From assembly GCA_951406725.2 (NCBI GenBank), contig OX597817.1, positions 868,001 to 932,000 on the forward strand: a stretch of DNA of 64,000 nucleotides. The letters are read 5' to 3'. Shown here piece by piece: positions 1-64,000 of the stretch (positions are counted from its first letter, which is position 1; the number at the start of each line of letters is the position of its first letter). This DNA is from Octopus vulgaris. Taxonomy: Eukaryota. A model generated the notes under the pieces. It did no database searches. It was not told the DNA's origin and saw only the letters and a list, made by a program, of their open reading frames with translations. The translations under genes and the position numbers were made by a program.

Positions 1-700
1 CCTCTGAGAACCTAATTTATGTAATAACCTGCTCGGGTTGCAGTCATCAGTACATTGGACAAACGAGTTTAACTTTGAGGAAGAGAATCACTCTGCATAA
101 GGAGCAAATCCGTTTCCCGCAATACAGACAAATTCCTCTTAGTGAACACATAGAAAAATGTGCAGGTAACAGCAAACCAAATTTTACAGTCTTCCCTTTC
201 TACCAGTGCAAAGACACAATCTCTCAACTAGAACGCTTAAATAAAGAAACTTTTTTCATTGAAAAATACAAAACGCGTCTTAATATGCACGCATAGCTAA
301 CTTTTATATTTTTACATATTACATCACTACTAAACAAGGTCCCTTTTTGTAAACCTGTCTCCTTTCTGTACACATATTTATTCCCCACCCAAAACCTAAA
401 CAGTTATCTCCCTTACACACAACAATAACAATAATAACAACCAATTATCTCCCTTTACTTGTCAACTTGTAAAATCATTCACTCATGAATTTCATTACAA
501 ACATGGACCAAATTTCTTCTTAAGAAAAAATATATATTCATATAAATTAAACATTATATCATGAATAGCGATTGCGAAACCGGTCGATACATTAAAAATT
601 ATATTATAACCATGTAAGTGTGCGTACTTTCCTTTTTTTACTTTCTTATATACATTACAATTCACCATGTGGGGACAACCGAAATTCCCCTTTTCTTTTA
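1..700 (+). mobile_element. Penelope-like element 3' end: GIY-YIG endonuclease plus pLTR
   Basis: Positions 3-296 translate SENLIYVITCSGCSHQYIGQTSLTLRKRI...E..FI (LIY-CxxC-YIG). A degenerate hammerhead motif follows at 555-591 and the element ends in (TA)n. Confidence 0.85.
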
Positions 701-704
701 CTAC

Positions 705-793
<89 letters not shown>

Positions 794-1195
794 TATATCT
801 GTGTGTCTTTGTGCCATAGTTTGTCTCCCCCTCCACTGCTTAACAACTGGTGTTGGTATGTTTAAATTTCTGTAACTTAGCAAAAGAGACTAATAGAATA
901 AGAATCAGACTCAAAAATAAGTACTGGGGTCGATTCGTTTGACTAAAAGTTCTCCAAAATGGTGCCACAGAATGACCGCAGTCTCATGACTGAAACAAGA
1001 AAAAGGTAATAGATAAAAGAAGGCTGATCATCCAGTGATACTCATACACACACACACGCACATTTATGTTTTGGAACGAAAGAAAATACTACTGAACACT
1101 TGGTATAGAGTTTATATTAATTGTGAAATAATTGGTGATTCACCCCACTGCAACTCAGGGTTTAACGCATGTTAAATACACATGTGATCCAGTCC

Positions 1196-1677
1196 GGTAA
1201 TATTTTATGGATAATTGAAGCTGCGTCTGTAATACACTAGTTAAGTTGATTCTCATTGGTCAAAGGCAGATCTCGTAGTAGAATATGTGGTAGGTCAGAA
1301 ATGTTGCTTGCTAGACTACTTGATGAAAAAGAAACCATCTGCTCCACACTCGAAGACATCATGAGGCAAATAGGTTCAAATATTAAAACTAGCGATATAA
1401 ATTAACTGGAGAAGAAATATTTTAAATGATGTCATAAACAGCTTCCACAGGTCTGGAAATCCAGAGCGGACCGATTCAAATCTACAGCCAAAGATCAACG
1501 AGCACCGTGAACGATTTGCCTCATGATATCTACGAGTGTGGACGAAATGGTTTCTCTTTCATCAAGCAGTTTAGCGAACATTTCTGACCTACCACATATT
1601 CGACTACGAGATCTGCCTTTGACCAATAAGAATCGACCTAACTAGTGTATTGCTTCAATTATTCATAAAATATGACC
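1196..1677. mobile_element. MITE/foldback-like element with long imperfect inverted arms
   Basis: 1196-1338 is the reverse complement of about 1547-1677 (e.g. ggtcaaaggcagatctcgtagt / actacgagatctgcctttgacc). A 39-bp tandem duplication follows. Confidence 0.75.
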
Positions 1678-2116
1678 AAAGTTATTGATAGATATCAATT
1701 ATTTATAAAATATGACCAGAATTATTGATAGATACTTTCACTCCTGAAATGTCAAGTAGGTGACAGAAAATGTATCGACTTCGAACGGGGGAAAAAACGG
1801 AGGTTGTGCGTCCCTACTTTTCTTCTCGGGCAACAGGAGTGTAATTAAATTGCTACGATCGGGAATCGAGACCTGAGTTGCAAACACATACAAGTTACAT
1901 TATGTCCGTCATTACGTGTGACAAAACCTGGGCATGGCAACTGGATCCACTAGAAGTAGCAATCAACTTTCCCTCAAATTCCATCCAACCGTCTTGGAAA
2001 ATGAAGAATACATTGTATAACGTAGTTCCAGATACAGAAAGACTGGATTGCCACGGATGAAAGGCATTTACTCATTGGTCAGTTCGATCGGTTGGCACTA
2101 AATGGCAACAATAACA

Positions 2117-2192
2117 ACAGCAGCAGCACCAGCAGCAGCACCAGCAGCAGCACCAGCAGCAGCACCAGCAGCAGCACCAGCAGCAGCACCAG
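2117..2192. repeat. 12-bp tandem repeat (CAGCAGCAGCAC)n
   Basis: About six copies visible directly. Confidence 0.9.
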
Positions 2193-2570
2193 TAACAGTA
2201 AAAGCAGGCATACGTTGATATGCGCTAATATACACCTGTTGAATCATTGGTTGTGTGTTACTGTTATGGGAATGCGGCGGCAGAGTTTCCTTATTTAAAC
2301 AATAACAATTCGTTACCGAAATGAATGTCCTTTGACAGTTATTTTTTCCTTTTTCACTTCTATCTTCAATCATCCAAATGATTTAGAATCATTTATAAAT
2401 ATTTTGTAATGACATTAAAGGAGTAACTTGCCGAGAACTGGATTTGCTAAACAAAACGATATGTTATTATTATAAGTGCAAACAGTATTTATGATCATGA
2501 ATAAAAGAATTAACTTGAAAGAATTTTTATTTGGTTTTCATTTGAAACATTACTTATTCCTTCACTTCAG

Positions 2571-56931
<54,361 letters not shown>

Positions 56932-57052
56932 TTTTTTTCATTTTTATTTCAAATATTAATGACTCAAAAATGAGAAAGATTTTTATACTTCCACTTCTTC
57001 CACCCTACATTCTGCAAAAACTGTTGAAACCTTTAACATATGGTTCGCATAG

Positions 57053-57091
57053 GTACTAGTGAAGACATTGCCTTTATGATGATTATCAAGA
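57053..57091 (+). CDS. Possible 39-nt phase-1 cassette exon of the NWD gene
   Basis: catag|gtactagt...atcaaga|gtaagt. Open only in phase 1 (S-TSEDIAFMMIIK), matching a gttagt donor after 56926. Acceptor is weak. Confidence 0.35.
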
Positions 57092-57113
57092 GTAAGTCAT
57101 CTTTATCTCTGTC

Positions 57114-57218
<105 letters not shown>

Positions 57219-57518
57219 ATTAGAGATAAAACCACTATTAGGCAACTCAAACAGTGTTAGACATAAACCAAAACATAAAAAATAAGAAATAAATATAATT
57301 AATATAATATACAATATATATATATATAAAATATAAAATTAAAAATTTAAATTATTAAAATTTGAAATTTAAAGATTTATATTTATAAATTTTTATATTT
57401 TTAAAATTTTATATTTTTAAAATTTTAGATTTTTAAACTTTTAATTTTTTTAAAAACTATCCAAAAAGTATAAAAAAGTTAAATATAATAAGTAATATAT
57501 ATATATATATATATATAT

Positions 57519-57590
57519 TAAATTAACAATTGAGGATAAAATCTTTAAAAGAAATTTCTTTTAAAGATTTTATCCTCAATTGTTAATTTA
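57519..57590. repeat. Perfect 72-bp spacerless palindrome
   Basis: taaattaacaattgaggataaaatctttaaaagaaa|tttcttttaaagattttatcctcaattgttaattta, 36/36 complementary. Confidence 0.97.
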
Positions 57591-57779
57591 TATTTTTCAC
57601 CGGAATAGTTCAATACTGAATTTTTATTCCGACTAGGCAATTTGTTACCGAAATGCATTGCGAAAAAGCCCGCCATTTTCATAGATATGTAAGGATAAAC
57701 ATTCGTACAAGCTACGACGAATTCTACGGTTGGCTATCGAGTTTGTAATGTTATGTTTTTTCTTATATTTCTTGAGTTT

Positions 57780-57843
57780 GTTGCACTGACGAACATGAAA
57801 TGCATATTCTGCATTAAATGCGAAATCACTTGTGATATGTAAC
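57780..57843 (+). ncRNA. Type-I hammerhead ribozyme with intact core
   Basis: gttgca-CTGACGA-a.cat.ga.aatgca(tattc)tgcatt.aa.atg.c-GAAA-tcac(tt)gtga-TA-tgtaac. Predicted cleavage after AUA at 57837. Confidence 0.75.
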
Positions 57844-57973
57844 TGAATTCTTTTTTAAAATGATGTGTTTTGAAGTTTTGCATTCGGTAAAATTTTGTTT
57901 ATTTTTAGTAGTTTTGACCGCATTGGTCCCTCTTAGCGTGTTGGTATCTACGAATAGTAGTACCCTCAATATA

Positions 57974-58032
<59 letters not shown>

Positions 58033-58554
58033 GAATTTAGGTTAGATGAAATATGTTTGTCACATATTTCAACTAAAAGGCAAATACACTGCAGTTATCG
58101 TGGAGAAAAACAATCTCTCTTATAGTAAAAAGGTGTGAGAACACCCAGTTCGTTCAGTGTCGCCATCTGTTAAGAAACCGGGACATCGATGTTTCGAGTT
58201 TTTTTACTCTTGTCAATGAGATGTGTATAAATTGTCTGCGGACGCACTGGTGGAGTTATATGTTAAGTATAGCTTTAATACACACCCCACCAGCACAGAA
58301 ATACATGTAGCTTTTACTTGTAGTACCTTCCTTCCCCACAGATTAATAACAAATAAAATATATTTATTTAGCTAATTTTATTTTATGTTATTTTAATTAT
58401 CTTAATTGATTTAATTTTCTATGTGTATACCATACCATGAGGTTATCCTGAAATAGGAGTTGCTTATCTATTGGTACACATCCCAAATTTGTAATATAAA
58501 TATATATAATTATACGTTCTGACCGTCCGTCTGTCCGCTTCTGTGAATCCTGCC

Positions 58555-59052
58555 TATAAAGCAAAAGCAGAGGATCTGATCAGAGAAGACAGGCTTGGCC
58601 GAAAACCCTGAAGTGAGCCATGGAAGTACTTATAACATTGTCGAATCACTTGGCTTTTCAAAAGTGTGTGCCCCTTGGATACCGCGAGAGCTGACTACCG
58701 AACGCACGACTGACAGGGTCAATGCCTGCACTCACCACATTTAGCGCATTCAGACTATCATCTCTTCGGCCTCATGAAAGAGGGTTTGAGAGGCAAACAT
58801 TATTCCAGTGACGAGGAAGTGAAAACTGTAGTGAAAAAGTGGCTCAAAAAACAGTCAACAGAATTTTACGGGGCAGGGATACATGATCTCATTCGAAGGT
58901 GGAACATTGCTATTGAGAAAAACGGGGACTATGTTGTGAAGTAGGGATGTGATCTACAGATGACCAGCTTCATTTTGACGTATGATACATGTTCCTGTGT
59001 TGGTAATTGTACCTGTCCTAAACAAAATGGCATTACCTTTTGACTCACCCTC

Positions 59053-59054
<2 letters not shown>
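58555..59054 (+). mobile_element. Internally deleted mariner (DD34D-type) transposon
   Basis: LIREDR, KVCAPWIPREL and HSPHLAHSDYHLF...RRWNIAIEKNGDYV*. TIR-like end ttaccttttgactcaccctcg|TA. Confidence 0.85.
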
Positions 59055-59087
<33 letters not shown>

Positions 59088-60069
59088 GGGAGAATTCACA
59101 AAAAAAAACTCCAGAAGATGAAGACAGGTGGTGTAGACAACAAACGGGAAGTGAAAAAGTCTTTTATGTTTCGAGCCTACGCCCTTCCACAGAAAGGGAC
59201 ACAGAATAAAACAAGGAGAGAAAATAAAGAATGTGTAGTGACTAGCGATCTATCATGGCGAATGCTGGACAGAAGGGTCACACAGGAGAGCTAGGAAGAA
59301 GGGGATGGATATATATATATAAGGTGTACTGAAAACCTCCTCGTGAAAGACCTGGCTGGAGGCCCAACTTACTGGGTTCTTTTGCAGGGTTTGGAAAAAT
59401 TGAGGGACCGCTGAAACAAGTGTGTGAATCTAAGAGGAGAATATATTGAAGGAAATCATAATTAACTGATCCTCCAGTATTTTCTTTTACCAAGAAGTTT
59501 TCAGCACACACACACACACACACACACACACGCGCACACACACACACACACACGCACACACACACACACACACGCACACACACACACAAAGAACGTTCAC
59601 CTGAACCGTTATAGTCCGCCCTGCTGACTAAAAACTCATCAGTTTTACATTGCTGCTGCTGCTGTTTACTGAAGAGAGTTTGCTGTTGTTGTTGCTGTTG
59701 ATTTTGAACCCTTGGTCAGCCCTATTTAAGTAAAACTTGTTACATCCATGACCATCCCGTATTTGTGTATACCGGTGACAAGCTTCCTTTTTAGGACAGT
59801 AGGGTTTGATTTGAGGGAGATTTGTCTGTTATCTTTAGCAAATAGAGCAATTATGATGAAACTGCCGTATTGATTCCTCTGTAGAGATCAGCTCTTATAA
59901 TACTGTGGCATCCAATGATGAAATGCCATTGTTAATGAGGATTTTCCAACACCATTGACATTATTAATGATTCTTTATCCTTTTACTCTTTTACTTGTTT
60001 CCGTCATTTGACTGCAGCCATGCTGGAGCACCGCCTTAATGATGATGTTCTTTTTTTTTATTTTGTTAG

Positions 60070-60217
60070 GTTTCTATAATGTCCAAAATATGATGTGGAA
60101 CAGAAGTAATTCTTAATATTCAAAGAAGAATCAATAAAACAGCGGAAGAAACAAAAATCAAGGATTAATTGAAACGGTGAAAAATCAATGTTGCATTAAA
60201 TCAATAAATAAAATAAA
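60070..60217 (+). CDS. Possible terminal exon (SFYNVQNMMWNRSNS*) plus polyadenylation signals
   Basis: Strong T-rich acceptor ttttgttag. Phase-1 frame is open to TAA at 60114-60116. AATAAA at 60133, 60203 and 60212. Confidence 0.45.
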
Positions 60218-60589
60218 GGTATTAAATGTGTTAACTAACTTAATTACTGTTTTTCATGCAGAAAGCCTCTGTGCGTCATTTCCTATCCTGGGGTCGATTT
60301 GTTCGACTAAAGGCGGTGCTTCAGCATGGCCGCAGTCAAATAAATAAAACAAGTATAAGAAAAATATGGCAACAAGTTTATATTTGTACATATCACTACA
60401 CAGCGCTTCTAATCTGTAATCTATGTGTTATGCCTGTTGAGTCACACTGTTGAGTCCCACTGTTAAGCTGTCAAAACCAAACGAAACTAGTCAATCTCTG
60501 TTACCGGAAATACCTTCTTGTTTAATCACAGGGCTTAATCTTACAACAAAACTAAATGTAGATATGACTCTATAATGGCTCTTTCTCTT

Positions 60590-60634
<45 letters not shown>

Positions 60635-61102
60635 AATTTAAAATAATAAAGGTGAAAATTGAATATTAATTTGATTAATATAAATTTAAAACCAGTGGTC
60701 TAGCATATAGAAAAATCTGAAGATTCAGAAAAATTATATTACATACGTATAAGAGGGATGACCACTAAGTGAGCTAAAAATATTGTAATTCAACCAAATT
60801 TATAACAATAGTAATAATTTAAGTAATAGAGATTTGTTTTACTGGGACATTCATTTCTCGGAAAGAAGATGAGTCGCTTAAATCACTGATCCTAGAAAGA
60901 TTTGAACGTCAAGCTGTTAAAAATCATAAAGCCTCTGGTTTCTTAAACATTGCAAAGCGGCAGTGACAAGATACGAACCATTAATACTCTCGTTTGGAGT
61001 ATTAATAACATGATTAGTCCTAAACGTTGCTTAGAACTGCGTCATGAACTTATAGGGAAATGATGTTTAGTATGTTACTAGTTTTTACACTATCCACGTA
61101 TG

Positions 61103-61420
61103 AAGGCGCATGGCTTAGTGGTTAGAGCAATGATCTTACAACCGTGAGGTTGTGAGTTCGAATCCCGGACCGGGCTGCGTGTTATGTTCTTGAGCAAGAC
61201 ACTTTATTTCACGTTGCTCCAGTTCACTCAGCTGTAGAAATGAGTTGCGACGTCACAGGTGCCAAGCTATATCGGTCTTTGCTTTTCCCTTGGATAACAT
61301 CAGTGGTGCTGGTATAATGGGCGACTGCTGGTCTTCCATAAACAACCTCGCCCGGACTTGTGCCTCGGATGGTAACTTTCTAGGTGCAATCCCATGGCCA
61401 TTCGTGACCGAAGGGGGTCT
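61103..61420 (+). mobile_element. tRNA-derived CORE-like SINE (family B)
   Basis: A/B boxes present. Homologous to 8635-8968. Confidence 0.85.
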
Positions 61421-64000
61421 CCGACTATCCATGTAAAGATACGTGGCCTCAGTGCTTAGACTATTTGGCTCACGATCATAAGGTAGTTTCATTCAATTAG
61501 CGAACCGGGCGATGCGTTGTGTCCTTGGGTAAGGTATGATATTTCACATTGCCCCAGTCCAGTAGCAGCTCATAGACCATTAACACCAAATATTGCAAAG
61601 GCCTTTGATGGCAACGGCACATTGGATGTTGATAAAGATTGTACTAGCTACTAAAGAAAACTATTCAGTCGCTCGATCTACGGAATAATAAAAAGTGGTC
61701 CACACCAGCAAGATAAAGCAAAGTGTTTATTGTAAGACATTGTTTCCGTCACACTTCTACTTTCCTAAACATTTACAAGAAGAAAAAGAAATCCATCTCC
61801 ATACATTGCAGCATATAGTTGAAGGTTAACAGTAGCTTTCAGTTCTCCTGGGCCAATAACAAGGCATAACCAATAACACCCCTGAAGTGGTCTACACCCT
61901 TTTCTTATAAATGAATGGCTGTGTCTAGAAATGTTTTTTAAAAAATTCAAAAATTTTCAACAACATCAATACATTGACCGTTTTCTGATTCTTTTCAAGT
62001 TACTGAAGTTAATAGTGATTACTCTTCATAATTTTAGCCACTGGTCTATGGCCATGCAGGGGCACCGCTAGCAATGCTGGTATGGTATTCTTTTTGCAAC
62101 TGGTATTTGTGTGAATGAAGCAGTTTGATACTGCCATCCTCACAATTTATTGTTCTGATACAAATTCAGCCATACATTTATTTAAACATTAGATAATACA
62201 TAGGAGTTAAAATTATTAATTTATTTAATAGTGTAGTAGTAAAATAAACTAAACACTCAATTCTTTAACGGGAAGTCCATGAAAGCGGTGTACAGTTATG
62301 TCTTTGAATTGTGCTACAAACGAATGATGTTAAACTAGGGAGGTAATAATGTCATTTGGTATGGAGAAAAGTCTTTACTATTCTGAAGTTAATCAACTTC
62401 TGTGAAACTTTATTAAATAACTCCACAGGAAACAAAGGGTGGCAAAAACAAAATCTTTTGGAGCACCACACTCTAATAAGGACTGCAAATCAGCTGCAAG
62501 AAAAATGAAAAAGAGTGGAAAGTAAAGGAAATATCACCAAGTGGTACGTTAACAAATAATTGTTTTACTCAGTCATTGAGATAGGATCGTTCGTAAAGAG
62601 AACTATCGACATTTGAATAAAAAACAACACAAGTAGAAATGTAAATTGCTATTCACCAAGTCCCAAAGCCATATCATTCTCTTAATGGTATTGCTATAAT
62701 CAATACCATTTTTTTAAGTGCACCAGTCAAGTAAGAGAAGTGAACCCTTGTCAACAAGAACTAAAACCACTTGCATTATTTTACGCACAATTTATTAGCT
62801 CCATGAAGGTTCATTACATAGAGATATATAAGTTTTAATAAATAGTATCTGCAGTTTCATGATTTTTCGCCCAGTTTCAATTGTTAGCATTGACTAAATT
62901 TCTATCACAGATTATTGTCGTAAAGCACTTCTAGTAAGATCAGCGGGTAACACATCAGCTCATAAGAATTCACTGGAATGGAAGGTAATCTTGACTACAT
63001 TATATATAATATATATAAAGCTTGTAATAGCATGTTGATGTTCGATCACAAACTCTGCCGCAAAAATAAACAGAAGCATAACTTTTCTCAGTTTTGACAT
63101 ATCGGCTGATATTCGGAATAGCTGCTTCAAGAAGAGGTAAAATATGCCCTGAATAAACTGGTAATGGCTGCGATGGGATGAACCTACCTTGTGAATGAGT
63201 CGATCATTTCAGGGATCAAGTAGAGTCGTATAAGCTGATATATAAAATTCAAATTGAGAAAGCTCACAATTTTAACTCTACCGTTCAACTACGAAAGTTG
63301 CTGAGAAGTGTAAGCAAAGGTTGCATTTCTATGGAATACATGGAAGCGATTTCTATTCCCGGTAAAAACCTACCTGCATTTATGATCGCTTAAGTGCGAT
63401 CATTCAATCTGTCAGAAACAGCAGCCAAACTTCCCGCAAATCGCATCCAGCGTCTTAAAAAATGACATATAGAATGTAGTTCGAGGTACATAATGCTTAA
63501 AATTCGAGCTGGTTGTGACTAGAATGCCTTTCATCATAGACAGTATGTTCATGGTTGGTCATGGAACTCAAAAATAACACATCTTAAAAACTTGAACATT
63601 ACTTTTAACTTGTAATGATTTATACATTTGTAATGCCAGTCCGGTTGGTAGAGACGTAAAACACAAATAAATGCCTGACAGATTTTTCTGTGTTTATAAA
63701 TATACTTCCAACTAGAATAGATTTTGTATTTCTTTCCACCTTAATAAATAAAACAAATATCGATTTATGGAGAACGTTTCAATCATCGTACAAAAAATTA
63801 TTTTATTAAAAGTAAAAACGTCAATCAATTTTTTTCAACACTCTACTGATATTTGTTTCAAATTTTGACTCAACACCCCCAGGGCTCAATTGGTACTTAT
63901 TTTATCGAACCCGAAAGGATGAAAGACAAAGTCGACCTCGGCGGAATTTGCATTCGGAAAATACAGCCGGATGAAATACCGCTAAGTATTTTTTCCGGGG

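Noticed and set aside
3-296. GIY-YIG ORF as a homing endonuclease or defence nuclease
   Set aside because: The CxxC between LIY and YIG, a second decayed copy and the downstream hammerhead/pLTR fit a Penelope-like retroelement.
61103-61175. tRNA-like sequences with A and B boxes (also 8895-8968, 10157-10230, 29947-30020)
   Set aside because: They run straight into SINE bodies and lack a clean cloverleaf, so they are SINE heads rather than tRNA genes.

Overview
Eukaryotic, AT-rich, microsatellite-dense DNA. The SINE, 5S and microsatellite content suggests an octopus or other cephalopod genome (inference). Most of the window is one + strand multi-exon gene for an NWD1/NWD2-like NACHT-WD40 STAND NTPase. 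I traced 24 phase-consistent GT-AG exons (2571-56931, about 1,495 codons). The 5' end lies upstream of the window, and there may be one or two further 3' exons. The introns hold a DD36E (Incomer-type) Tc1 element, a DD34E Tc1 relic, mariner relics, a near full-length R4/Dong-like RT-RLE retrotransposon with relatives at (TAA)n tracts, Tx1-like and RTE LINE ends, Penelope-like (PLE) GIY-YIG/RT relics, Helitron-like elements, many tRNA-derived SINEs and one 5S rRNA copy. The least obvious signal is a set of about 13 minimal type-I hammerhead-ribozyme motifs tied to PLE ends. One of them (57780-57843) keeps the full catalytic core and is sense to the host gene. Other signals are a covarying 3'-UTR hairpin shared by two RLE retrotransposon families and a perfect 72-bp palindrome. 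All calls were made by eye, and repeat boundaries are approximate.
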